From: Candidatus Omnitrophota bacterium
GTDB taxonomy: Bacteria > Omnitrophota > Omnitrophia > Omnitrophales > Aquincolibacteriaceae
Length of the DNA stretch: 64,000 bases
Assembly (NCBI GenBank): GCA_016930235.1
Contig: JAFGHI010000045.1
Span: 7,947-71,946, forward strand
Reading direction: 5' to 3'
The notes under the pieces were generated by a model that saw only the letters and a program-made list of their open reading frames with translations, searched no databases and was not told the origin of the DNA. A program made the translations under genes and the position numbers. Of the stretch, positions 18,843 to 27,904 are shown piece after piece. Position 1 is the stretch's first letter; every line of letters starts with the position of its first letter.

Positions 18843-21104
18843 TTAGCCGGAACTTTCCGGCATCAGTTGCTGATGAATCGCTTCGGCCGCACGCCGGCCC
18901 GCACCCATCGCAGCGATCACAGTCGCCGCTCCTGAAACAATATCGCCGCCGGCATACACAAACGGTTTAGAGGTCAACCCTGATTCATTTTCCACGATAA
19001 TGTTGCCGCGATCAGTTGTTTGAATATCTGGTGCACTTTGGAGGGCGATGGGGTGGGGACCGTTTCCGATGGCGACAATTACCATCTCGACATCCAGGAC
19101 GAATTCCGAATTAGAAACCGGAATCGGCCGCTTTCGGCCGGAGGCATCCGGTTCACCCAACCCCATTCTTTGGCATTCAAGGCCTTTGACCCAGCCCTGG
19201 TCGTTACCGAGAATACGGACAGGGTTCGTGAGAAACTGGAATAAGATACCTTCATCTTCTCCGTGGTGAATTTCCTCGCGGCGTGCCGGCATTTCTTCGC
19301 GGCTTCTTCGGTAAACGAGGAAAACTTTTTTTGCGCCAAGCCGTAAAGCAGTACGGGCCGTATCCATCGCAACATTTCCACCCCCGATCACCGCGATCCG
19401 GTCCCGCTTCAAGATCGGCGTTTCGTATTTCGGGTCATAAGCCTTCATCAGGTTGGTGCGCGTCAGATATTCATTAGCGGACATGACACCATTTAAATTT
19501 TCTCCGGGGATTCCAAGGAAGAGGGGAAGCCCCGCGCCTGTTCCCAGGAAAACGGCATCGAACCCCTGCTTTAGGAGGTCGTCGATCGAGAGGACCTTTC
19601 CGATAATCGTATTGAGTTTGATTTCAACGCCCAATTTTTTGACGTAATCCACTTCGGCTTCGACGATGTCTTTCGGCAGACGGTATTCCGGGATTCCATA
19701 AGTCAGGACGCCGCCTGTTTTATGGAAGGCCTCAAAGATCGTAACCTTATGTCCGAGTTTGGCGAGGTCTCCGGCCGCGGTCAGGCCGGCAGGCCCGGCA
19801 CCGATAATGGCAACCTTTTTCCCGGTAGGGGAAGCCGGCCGTGGGATTTTAATTTTGCCGTGCTCACGTTCGTAATCGGCGGCGAATCTTTCCAAATGAC
19901 CGATCGCAACGGGGTCGCCGCGTTGTCCGACGATACATTTTTCTTCGCATTGAGTCTCCTGCGGACAAACACGGCCGCAAATCGCAGGCAGGCTGTTGTC
20001 TTCTTTCAGTTTTTCGGCGGCCTCGATAAATTGGCCGTGAGCGATCAAACGGATAAATTCCGGAATTTTGATATTGACAGGACAGCCCTCGATGCAAAGC
20101 GGTTTCTTGCATTGAAGGCAGCGGGAGGCCTCGGCTTTTGCCTGTTCCGGAGTATAACCGTATGGAACTTCTTCGAAATTCCGGATCCTTTCTTTCGGAT
20201 CCTGTTCCGGCATCGGTTGGCGCGGCAGGCGTTTTTCGTTGTCGGCGGCTTCCTGAATGGCGACATCACAAAGGCCTGCCCGGTGGATATATTGAGTCGT
20301 CCGGCGTTTTTCGGGTTCCTGTTCATAAATGGTCATCCGCTGCTGGAGTTCGCGAAAGTCGACAAGATGACCGTCAAATTCCGGCCCGTCGACGCAGACA
20401 AAACGGGTTTCATCGCCGACCGTAACCCGGCAGCTTCCGCACATGCCTGTGCCGTCGACGATAATGGGATTCAGGCTTACGATCGTTTTGAGCGCGAAAG
20501 GTTTTGTCGTGTTACAGACTGCTTGCATGGCCGGCACAGGCCCGACACAAAATGCGATATCGAATTTTTTCCCCTCCGAGAGCATTTTTGCTAAGATCTG
20601 AGTTGGATAACCTTTGAGGCCTTTGGACCCGTCATCCGTGGCGATTTCTAAGCGGTTGCTTATCTTCCTCATTTCATCTTCAAGGATGATCAGATCCTTC
20701 GTGCGTGCGCTTAAAATGGAAGTCACTTGGTTGCCGGCCTCTTTGAGCGCCCTTGCCATCGGCCAGATCAGGGCAATCCCAAGGCCGCAGCCGAGACAGA
20801 CGACCTTCCCGAATTTTTCGATGTGGGTCGGTTGTCCCAAAGGTCCCGCGACATCGAGGATAAAATCGCCTTCGCCGAGTTTTCCAAGCTGACGGGTTGA
20901 TTTTCCCATTTCCTGGAAGATGATGGTGATCGTGCCTTCCTTCAGGTTTGTGTCGGCGATGGTTAAGGGGATCCTTTCGCCTTCTTCTTCAATGCGGAAA
21001 ATGACGAATTGCCCGGTTTTTCGCGCCAGGGCAATTTCCGGAGCTTTCACCCGAATCAGGTAGGTACTTTCAGCTATTTTTTTCTTTTCGACGATTTCGT
21101 TCAT
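18843..21104 (-). CDS. Fused NfnA/NfnB (SudB-SudA / GltD-like) flavin Fe-S oxidoreductase
   Basis: N-part ERIPLTIAD, GPLG, DGTGMCGSCRV, CVDGPEFDGH; C-part RCLQCKKPLC, CGRVCPQETQCE, GAGPAG, GGGNVAMD, GGDIVSGAATV. Confidence 0.9.
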   Translation of the reverse strand: MNEIVEKKKIAESTYLIRVKAPEIALARKTGQFVIFRIEEEGERIPLTIADTNLKEGTITIIFQEMGKSTRQLGKLGEGDFILDVAGPLGQPTHIEKFGKVVCLGCGLGIALIWPMARALKEAGNQVTSILSARTKDLIILEDEMRKISNRLEIATDDGSKGLKGYPTQILAKMLSEGKKFDIAFCVGPVPAMQAVCNTTKPFALKTIVSLNPIIVDGTGMCGSCRVTVGDETRFVCVDGPEFDGHLVDFRELQQRMTIYEQEPEKRRTTQYIHRAGLCDVAIQEAADNEKRLPRQPMPEQDPKERIRNFEEVPYGYTPEQAKAEASRCLQCKKPLCIEGCPVNIKIPEFIRLIAHGQFIEAAEKLKEDNSLPAICGRVCPQETQCEEKCIVGQRGDPVAIGHLERFAADYEREHGKIKIPRPASPTGKKVAIIGAGPAGLTAAGDLAKLGHKVTIFEAFHKTGGVLTYGIPEYRLPKDIVEAEVDYVKKLGVEIKLNTIIGKVLSIDDLLKQGFDAVFLGTGAGLPLFLGIPGENLNGVMSANEYLTRTNLMKAYDPKYETPILKRDRIAVIGGGNVAMDTARTALRLGAKKVFLVYRRSREEMPARREEIHHGEDEGILFQFLTNPVRILGNDQGWVKGLECQRMGLGEPDASGRKRPIPVSNSEFVLDVEMVIVAIGNGPHPIALQSAPDIQTTDRGNIIVENESGLTSKPFVYAGGDIVSGAATVIAAMGAGRRAAEAIHQQLMPESSG

Positions 21105-21364
21105 AAGAAAAGATCTTCCAATACATCTTCTGGAGTATTTTTCAGCTTTTCCTTTGTCGGCAGTATAACACTTTTAGGTATTCAATCAAAAAAAGGAATC
21201 CCTCGCAATGGATTTCCTTAAAAGATCGGTCCGTAGGATAACCCCTGGATTTTGATCCCGCTTGATGGTAGGATGAAACCCTTAAGCGGATAAGCAGGTT
21301 TTTGGGTCGATCTGGGTTTGTGGGTTCAAAAACAGATTTTCTTTTGAATCATTGAGGGACTTCG

Positions 21365-21532
21365 ATGAAATTCCTTCACCAACAGGCAAGTTTATTCCAA
21401 AAGGTAGGGTGCCTTTTCTGCATCTTGGTTTTTTTTAGCGGGTGCAGCATTCTGGAATGGGATAAAGAACCCCGGGCGTATGATCCTGTCGGGAATCCCA
21501 TTACGGCTTCGACTGCCTACTCTACCTATTAG
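21365..21532 (+). CDS. Small lipoprotein, 55 aa (not in ORF track)
   Basis: MKFLHQQASLFQKVGCLFCILVFFSGCSILEWDKEPRAYDPVGNPITASTAYSTY*; lipobox FSGC; GAGGG RBS. Confidence 0.6.
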   Translation: MKFLHQQASLFQKVGCLFCILVFFSGCSILEWDKEPRAYDPVGNPITASTAYSTY

Positions 21533-21572
21533 AGAATAAACCGGGACCGGGAAACAACCGGTGGGAGTGGGG

Positions 21573-21728
21573 ATGGTAAAGAAAATCTTCTGCAATGTTC
21601 TAATCCTTATAGCCTTGGTTTTTGTTTTGAGCGGGTGTGCGATGATGAGAAAGACCGTTGATGTCACGGGAACGGCGATACGGTCGATGATCCACTTGCC
21701 GATTGATATCGTCACACGATACCTTTAG
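21573..21728 (+). CDS. Small lipoprotein, 51 aa (not in ORF track)
   Basis: MVKKIFCNVLILIALVFVLSGCAMMRKTVDVTGTAIRSMIHLPIDIVTRYL*; lipobox LSGC; GGGAG RBS. Confidence 0.7.
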   Translation: MVKKIFCNVLILIALVFVLSGCAMMRKTVDVTGTAIRSMIHLPIDIVTRYL

Positions 21729-21745
21729 ACCGATCCATTTTAAAA

Positions 21746-22459
21746 ATGTCCGATCAGTTTGTCACAATTCATTTTTCCAAAAGGCTCAATGCTTTCTTGA
21801 AAAATTCCAGAAAAGGAAAGAGATTCCGTTTTTTCTTTCACGGGGGTCCGACGCTGGGGGACCTTGTTGAATCTTTAGGAGTCCCTCATACGGAAGTCGG
21901 CAGGGTCCGCGTCAATCAAAAGAAAGCGACACTTAAGCGTCATCTCAAATCCGGAGATGCGATTGATATCGATCCCAATCAAGCTATCCCCGGGCGAACG
22001 CCGAAATTTATTCTTGATGTCCATTTAGGGAAGCTTGCCCGTTATTTACGGATTTTTGGTTTTGATACCCTCTACAAGAATGATTGGACGGATCGCCAGA
22101 TCGTGGAGCTTGCCGTGAAGCTCAATCGTTTCGTCCTGACCCGTGATGTCGGGATCCTGAAACATAAGCGGATCCGCAAGGGATATTGGGTCCGGCAAAC
22201 AGATCCCGAAAAACAGATCCGGGAATTAATGGAGCGCTTAAGCCTTTATGGGAAAACAAATCCGTTCCGGATTTGTCTTGCCTGTAACGGAAGATTGAGG
22301 CGGGTTCCTAAAGAGAAAGTAGCCGATCGCCTTCCTTTGAAAACGCGTCAATATTTCGACCGGTTTTACCGATGTAAAGGTTGTCATAAAATTTACTGGC
22401 CCGGGTCTCATTATGAGAGAATGAAGGCGTTTGTAGAGGCTAACTCGAGGAGTTCTTGA
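21746..22459 (+). CDS. Mut7-C RNase domain protein with ubiquitin-like N-domain
   Basis: ESLGVPHTEV, FILDVHLGKLARYLR, LTRD, CLACNG...CKGCHKIYWPGSH. Confidence 0.9.
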   Translation: MSDQFVTIHFSKRLNAFLKNSRKGKRFRFFFHGGPTLGDLVESLGVPHTEVGRVRVNQKKATLKRHLKSGDAIDIDPNQAIPGRTPKFILDVHLGKLARYLRIFGFDTLYKNDWTDRQIVELAVKLNRFVLTRDVGILKHKRIRKGYWVRQTDPEKQIRELMERLSLYGKTNPFRICLACNGRLRRVPKEKVADRLPLKTRQYFDRFYRCKGCHKIYWPGSHYERMKAFVEANSRSS

Positions 22460-23439
22460 TGCTGCGTTTTTTATGGAATCAGATGATGCACCGTCGCCGG
22501 ATGCAGGAATGCGGCGATTTGATGGTCGACTCTATTCTGGATTTAAAGGAAGAGCAGACGGGCGGCCCGAAAAAAAAGATCCGGATCGGTTTTGCCAAGT
22601 TCCCTTGCGGTTTTAATCCTGACGAATGGAATGTGATGCGTCTTCTACGGCAGGTTTATGATTTTGAGATAACCGACCAGCCAGACTTTCTTTTTTATTC
22701 CATTTTCGACGGGGACATGCCCCGAGGGCGTTCTATCAAGATCTACTGGTGCTTGGAAAATTTAAAGCCGAATTTTGATGAATGCGATTGGGCCTTCAGC
22801 CAGAATTATGATGAGGATATTCAGAACCCCAAACATTACAGGTTTCCCATCTATATGTTTGTGGACTTAAAAAAGAAGGCCGTTGATTTTGACAAGCTGA
22901 GGGAAGAGAAAAGAAAATTTTGCAATTTCCTTTACTCTCACGAGGTTCCTTCCCGGAATGATTTTTTCAAGAAGTTGAGCCGTTACAAGAGGATTGATTC
23001 TCCGGGGCGGTGCATGAACAACCAGGCAGGCTTTGACCCTCCGGGCTTCATGGTGTCCTGGCTGGGAGACAGGAGCTGGCAGGAGCGGACGATGCTTTTC
23101 CTGAGCCGGTACAAATTTACGGTCGCCTTTGAAAATACTTCTTACCCGGGTTATTTATCCGAAAAACTTTACCATCCGATGCTCGTCAATAGTATCCCTA
23201 TTTATTGGGGGAATTCCAGGATTGACCGTGATTTTAATACAAAATCATTTTTGAATTATCATGATTATCCCAACGAAGAGGCTTTTATCGAGAGAATTAT
23301 TGAAGTGGACAAAAGAGATGATTTATACGAACAATATCTCAAAGAACCTTGGTGGGTGGGGGACGAACCGCCCCAGGGAGCCAGTCAGAAAAAACTGGTG
23401 CAGCATTTCAAGAAAATCTTTGGAGATTCGATTCGATGA
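22459..23439 (+). CDS. Glycosyltransferase family 10 (alpha-1,3-fucosyltransferase-like)
   Basis: KFCNFLYS, YKFTVAFENTSYPGYLSEKL, IPIYWG, DFNTKSFLN. Confidence 0.88.
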   Translation: MLRFLWNQMMHRRRMQECGDLMVDSILDLKEEQTGGPKKKIRIGFAKFPCGFNPDEWNVMRLLRQVYDFEITDQPDFLFYSIFDGDMPRGRSIKIYWCLENLKPNFDECDWAFSQNYDEDIQNPKHYRFPIYMFVDLKKKAVDFDKLREEKRKFCNFLYSHEVPSRNDFFKKLSRYKRIDSPGRCMNNQAGFDPPGFMVSWLGDRSWQERTMLFLSRYKFTVAFENTSYPGYLSEKLYHPMLVNSIPIYWGNSRIDRDFNTKSFLNYHDYPNEEAFIERIIEVDKRDDLYEQYLKEPWWVGDEPPQGASQKKLVQHFKKIFGDSIR

Positions 23440-24689
23440 AAGTTGCCTTCGATGTGACGGCGCTTGTTATTTATTACTTTACGGGTGTCCAAAGGTATGT
23501 TGTGGAACTTCTGGCCGAGTACAAGCGCGTTCCGGAAGTCGAATCGCTGAAACTTTTTTATAATTCGGTCAAATTTCCGAATTTTTCGGACCTTAATTTC
23601 CGGGAATTGTCCCAAGCAGGCCTTCCCAAGCCTACCAAGATCCGGGGCCCTCTTTACTTTGATCAGAAGAATTTCGGCGAAAAATATCCTCCGTTTTTAG
23701 CCAAAAACGCATCCCTTTCAGTCTCGGCCTATAATCGTTTCGTCAGGAGCCAAGCAGTTTTAGGCTATCTTCGTGGCAGGTATCGGAAGTTTTTCAAAGA
23801 GACACAGCTGGTTCATTTTCCCTACCACTGTGCGCCGGAACAACTTAGGCAGTTTACCGGAATTTTTCCCGATTGTCCTCGGGTCGCAACGATTCATGAT
23901 ATCGTCCCGGTTTTGTTCCCCGAACAGTTTAAACCTTTGCAGGTCAAAAGTTTTACGGAAGCGATTCAGGCGACGGTCGAGGGCTGCCATGGTTTTATCA
24001 CAGCCTCGGAGTCATCCAAGAAAGATTTTGTCCGTCATTTTTCCGTGCCGGAAAATAAAATGTTTGTGATTCATCATGCAGTCAATCCATCCTTCTATCC
24101 CATCCCGGAGCCGAAATGCCAAAAGATTTTGGAGACGTGGCAGTTAAAGTATAAATCTTATTTCCTCTCGCTTTCCCCGGAAGATCCGAGAAAAAATGTT
24201 CCGCGCATTTTGGCGGCTTACCTCAAGTTTGCCGGGGGTGCTCAAGATGTTCCTAAAATGGTTGTTATGGGGCGTTTAAAAAACAAAAAGGGAACAGTGA
24301 TAGATTCCTACAAACCTTTTTTGAATGATCCGCGTATCGTTTTCCTGGGGGAAATGGACAGCAATCTTGTTCCGTATCTGTTCAATGGAGCCGTTGCTCT
24401 TGTGTTTCCGTCTCTTTATGAGGGTTTCGGGCTTCCTGTGCTGGAGGCCATGCAATCCGGAACTCCGGTGATTTCTTCCCGTGAAGGATCGCTTGCCGAA
24501 ATTGGAGGGGATGCGGCCTATTTTGTCGATCCGTATCAGGTATCAAGTCTGGAAGAAGCGATGAGGCGGATCTTTGAAGACAAAGGGCTTTGCGAAGTTC
24601 TGTCGCGTAAAGGGCTTGAGTATGCCGGAAATTTTTCTTGGGAAAAAACAGCATCTGAAACACTCGATGTTTATAGGAAGTTCATCTAG
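23436..24689 (+). CDS. Glycosyltransferase family 4
   Basis: TGVQRY, TIHD, PRKN, FPSLYEGFGLPVLEAM, FSWEKTA. Confidence 0.92.
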   Translation: MKVAFDVTALVIYYFTGVQRYVVELLAEYKRVPEVESLKLFYNSVKFPNFSDLNFRELSQAGLPKPTKIRGPLYFDQKNFGEKYPPFLAKNASLSVSAYNRFVRSQAVLGYLRGRYRKFFKETQLVHFPYHCAPEQLRQFTGIFPDCPRVATIHDIVPVLFPEQFKPLQVKSFTEAIQATVEGCHGFITASESSKKDFVRHFSVPENKMFVIHHAVNPSFYPIPEPKCQKILETWQLKYKSYFLSLSPEDPRKNVPRILAAYLKFAGGAQDVPKMVVMGRLKNKKGTVIDSYKPFLNDPRIVFLGEMDSNLVPYLFNGAVALVFPSLYEGFGLPVLEAMQSGTPVISSREGSLAEIGGDAAYFVDPYQVSSLEEAMRRIFEDKGLCEVLSRKGLEYAGNFSWEKTASETLDVYRKFI

Positions 24690-24695
24690 AGTATC

Positions 24696-24734
24696 GGGAA
24701 CTTCCTAGACAAAAAATCCGTTCTATTGTAATAT
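24696..24734 (+). promoter_or_regulatory. Putative trxA promoter overlapped by a GGGAAmTTCCTAGAC box
   Basis: TAGACA(24706)-17 nt-TAATAT(24729); the 15-mer recurs with one mismatch at 41562-41576. Confidence 0.45.
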
Positions 24735-24812
24735 CCCAAATCGAGCTCCTAAGGAAACGGGAAGTCATTATCCGAATCGAAAAGAGTCTAACTTGTTTTA
24801 AGGGAGAGTGTT

Positions 24813-25145
24813 ATGAGTCATGAGAAAAATATTACCGACGGCAACTTTCAATCCGAAGTCCTCGAGTCCAACACTCCTGTCTTAGTGGATTTTTGGGCCG
24901 AGTGGTGCGCTCCTTGCCGGATGCTTGCTCCTGTGATTGAACGCATTGCTCAGGTCAATGAAGGAAAGATCATTGTGGGGAAAATGAATGTTGATGACAA
25001 CCCCAACGCGCCGCAAAAGTACGGCATTCAGGGGATTCCAGCGCTTTTGCTTTTTAAAGACGGGCAGGTTGTCCAGCAGATCGTGGGATTTCAGTCTCAG
25101 GAGAATATTCAACGTCTTATTGATGAAACCGTCGGAGTGGCATAA
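24813..25145 (+). CDS. trxA: Thioredoxin
   Basis: PVLVDFWAEWCAPCR, GIP. Confidence 0.95.
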   Translation: MSHEKNITDGNFQSEVLESNTPVLVDFWAEWCAPCRMLAPVIERIAQVNEGKIIVGKMNVDDNPNAPQKYGIQGIPALLLFKDGQVVQQIVGFQSQENIQRLIDETVGVA

Positions 25146-25170
25146 TAGGATAAAATTTCTTCTCTTGATC

Positions 25171-25219
25171 AAAAAGGACGGTTTCCAAAGGGAGTGCCCT
25201 TGAAGAAACCGTCCTTTTT
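25171..25219 (+). terminator. Intrinsic terminator after trxA
   Basis: AAAAAGGACGGTTTC...GAAACCGTCCTTTTT. Confidence 0.8.
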
Positions 25220-25243
25220 CTTAAAGGGGAAAGGGGATTTTGC

Positions 25244-26200
25244 ATGAACTATCGAAGGCTTGGAAGGACAGGCTTGAAGGTCTCAGAGATCGGTTTTGGC
25301 TGCTGGGCCATCGGGGGCACAAGCTACGGTCCGACGAAGGATGAGGATTCTCTTTTGGCTTTGGAAACGGCTTGGAACGCCGGCGTCAATTTTTTTGATA
25401 CGGCCGATACCTACGGACACGGGCACAGCGAAGAACTTCTGGCCCGTTTTTTAAAAGGCAAGCCGCGCGATAAGGTTGTTCTAGCCAGCAAAGTCGGCTG
25501 GGATTTTTATCACGGCGGAAGCAAAAAGAATTTTTCGCCGGATTACATTGAGTTCGCCTGCGAACAAAGTCTCAAACGTTTGGGGGTTGAGACTTTGGAT
25601 CTTTATCAGCTCCACAATCCTAAATTGGAATTGATCCAGCAGGGTGAGGTTTGGGGGGTGTTAGAAAAACTCAAGACTTCGGGCAAGATCCGGTATATCG
25701 GGGTCTCCATTCACCGGGAAGAGGAAGGCTTGGCCGTGATGGAAGACGGCTGTGTGGATACCCTGCAGCTTGTTTTTAATTTGATCGAACAGGACCATGC
25801 CGAGCGGGTCTTTCCGGCGGCGAAGGAAAACGACATCGGAATTCTGGCGCGCGAACCCCTGGCTTGCGGACTCCTGTCGGGGAAATATTCACCCGAACAC
25901 CAATTCTTGAAGACCGATCATCGGAACCGCTGGACCCAAGAGAAACGCACATTAGATTATGAGAAGATTGAACGCCTGAGGGCGATTCTTGCGACAGACA
26001 GGCTTTCTATGGTGCAGGCGGCGCTGGAATATATCTTGCAGTTTGATGCGGTGTCGACCGTGATTCCCGGAGCGAAGACGAAAGAACAAGTTTTGGAAAA
26101 TCTGAAAGCGACCTTGGACCCCAAGCTCCGGATTCAGGAGGCGGATCATCTGCGCGGAATGTACCAACGTGAAGAAATTTTCAGTAAGAGGATCGGCTGA
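25244..26200 (+). CDS. Aldo/keto reductase
   Basis: LGRTGLKVSEIGFG, FDTADTYG, SLKRL..DLYQLH, VIPG. Confidence 0.92.
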   Translation: MNYRRLGRTGLKVSEIGFGCWAIGGTSYGPTKDEDSLLALETAWNAGVNFFDTADTYGHGHSEELLARFLKGKPRDKVVLASKVGWDFYHGGSKKNFSPDYIEFACEQSLKRLGVETLDLYQLHNPKLELIQQGEVWGVLEKLKTSGKIRYIGVSIHREEEGLAVMEDGCVDTLQLVFNLIEQDHAERVFPAAKENDIGILAREPLACGLLSGKYSPEHQFLKTDHRNRWTQEKRTLDYEKIERLRAILATDRLSMVQAALEYILQFDAVSTVIPGAKTKEQVLENLKATLDPKLRIQEADHLRGMYQREEIFSKRIG

Positions 26201-26203
26201 GTC

Positions 26204-27406
26204 ATGAAGTATGCCTTTATTGTCCCGGATGGATTAGGGGACTGGCCCTTTCAAGGTTTGGGAAACAAAACCCCCCTTGAAGTGGCGAAGATTCCCCACT
26301 TGAACGGCCTTTCTCAAAAGTCGATTTTGGGAACTTTGAAGACAGTCCCTGACGGAATGTATCCAGGGAGTGATGTCTGCGGGCTGAGTTTGCTGGGTTA
26401 TGATCCGTCGCAGTCCTATTCCGGCAGGGCCCCGCTTGAAGCGGCCAATCTCGGACTGATCTTAAAAGAGGGAGAGATGGCCTACCGTACCAATTTGGTG
26501 ACGGTGGAAGGCGATATTCTCGCGGATTACAGTGCCGGTCACGTTTCCACAGAAGAAGCGGTTCTTTTGATTAACGCCGTCGAAGAAAAACTCGGGAGCG
26601 ATAAAATCACTTTTTATCCCGGGAAGATGTATCGCCACATTATGATCGACCGCCGGGGGAAACGGGGTAAGATCGAGATGGATCCGCCTCATGATTATAT
26701 GGGCGAACCTTACGGGAAACACTGGCCGCGGGGTGAGGGTGCAGATTTTTTTATTGATCTCATGAAACGTTCGCGTGACTTTCTGGAAAATCATCCCGTC
26801 AATCAAAAGCGGGCCGCTGAAGGCAAAAGGAAAGCCAATATGATTTGGCTTTGGGGAGGAGGGACATCCCCGAAGATTGTCCCGTTTGAAGAAAAATTCA
26901 AAGTTCAGGGCGGGGTCATTTCGGCTGTGGATTTGGTCAACGGGATCGGCCGTTACATCGGTTTGGAAATCATCAACGTTCCGGGTGCGACGGGTTATTT
27001 CGATACCGATTACAAAGCCAAGGGGCAGTACGCCTCCAAGGCTTTGGATAGACTCGATTTGATTTACGTTCATATCGAAGCGACCGATGAAGCCGGCCAT
27101 GTCGGAGACGCAAAAGAAAAAGTGAAGGCGATTGAAGAAATCGACCGCCATATTGTGGGGCCCGTTCTTACGCGTTTAAAAAAGGAAAATGAGTGGCGGA
27201 TGTGTGTTGTCCCCGACCACTATACGCCGCTTGAGAAAAAGACCCATGTGGCGGACCCCGTCCCGTTTATTTTTGCGGGCTCGGATGTCCGGGAAGCGTC
27301 GAGTCTTTCCTATACGGAAAAGAATGCAAGCCAAACAGGTATTAAGATTGAAAAAGGTTATGAACTTATGTCAAAATTGATCCGCGGCTGGAAGAGTTCG
27401 GCTTGA
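26204..27406 (+). CDS. apgM: Cofactor-independent phosphoglycerate mutase (ApgM type)
   Basis: DGLGD, TPLE, PGSD, GRAPLEA, HIEATDEAGH, PDHYTP, H..DPVP. Confidence 0.9.
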   Translation: MKYAFIVPDGLGDWPFQGLGNKTPLEVAKIPHLNGLSQKSILGTLKTVPDGMYPGSDVCGLSLLGYDPSQSYSGRAPLEAANLGLILKEGEMAYRTNLVTVEGDILADYSAGHVSTEEAVLLINAVEEKLGSDKITFYPGKMYRHIMIDRRGKRGKIEMDPPHDYMGEPYGKHWPRGEGADFFIDLMKRSRDFLENHPVNQKRAAEGKRKANMIWLWGGGTSPKIVPFEEKFKVQGGVISAVDLVNGIGRYIGLEIINVPGATGYFDTDYKAKGQYASKALDRLDLIYVHIEATDEAGHVGDAKEKVKAIEEIDRHIVGPVLTRLKKENEWRMCVVPDHYTPLEKKTHVADPVPFIFAGSDVREASSLSYTEKNASQTGIKIEKGYELMSKLIRGWKSSA

Positions 27407-27427
27407 AGCCGGCCAAGGAAGGGGGAT

Positions 27428-27871
27428 GTGATGGGATACTTTTCAAAACCGATTCATGATGGAGTGAAAGAGGGCGAAAGAAGGATGGCCCGGAGAATGC
27501 AGGCCTCGGAAGATTTCTTTATCGAGATCCGGAGGGGTCGAATATTCAAGCAGTCTCTGATCGGGTACGGGCAGGATATTTCCACCGAAGGGATCCGTTT
27601 TCTGACGTTCAAAAAACTCAAGAAAAAGGCCAGGCTGGATCTCCATCTTTATTTCTCGCCGCAATTTCCGGGTGCGCGCTCAGTCAGGATCCCAGCCGCG
27701 ATACGAAGGGTTGTCAAACCCAAGGGGAGTAAACTTTACGGCGTAGGTTGTTCTTTCCTGTCCAAACACAAACAGCATTCGAATGAACTTGAAACGATCA
27801 GGCAGTTTGTCTGGTGGTATGAGCTTCACCGATTGCCCGTTGAGCGAGAAGTAGCTTTAAGTGCGGTTTAA
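27428..27871 (+). CDS. PilZ-like domain protein
   Basis: ERRMARR (RxxxR) and DISTEG (DxSxxG) motifs; start uncertain. Confidence 0.7.
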   Translation: MMGYFSKPIHDGVKEGERRMARRMQASEDFFIEIRRGRIFKQSLIGYGQDISTEGIRFLTFKKLKKKARLDLHLYFSPQFPGARSVRIPAAIRRVVKPKGSKLYGVGCSFLSKHKQHSNELETIRQFVWWYELHRLPVEREVALSAV

Positions 27872-27904
27872 AATCTCTTTGAATTCCCGAGTGTCCTTAT
27901 TTTC

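Noticed and set aside
19722-20594. 290-aa + strand ORF and other long antisense ORFs (e.g. 50200-51066, 26462-27151, 7161-7820)
   Set aside because: They lie wholly opposite well-supported genes and show no recognisable motifs; treated as shadow ORFs.
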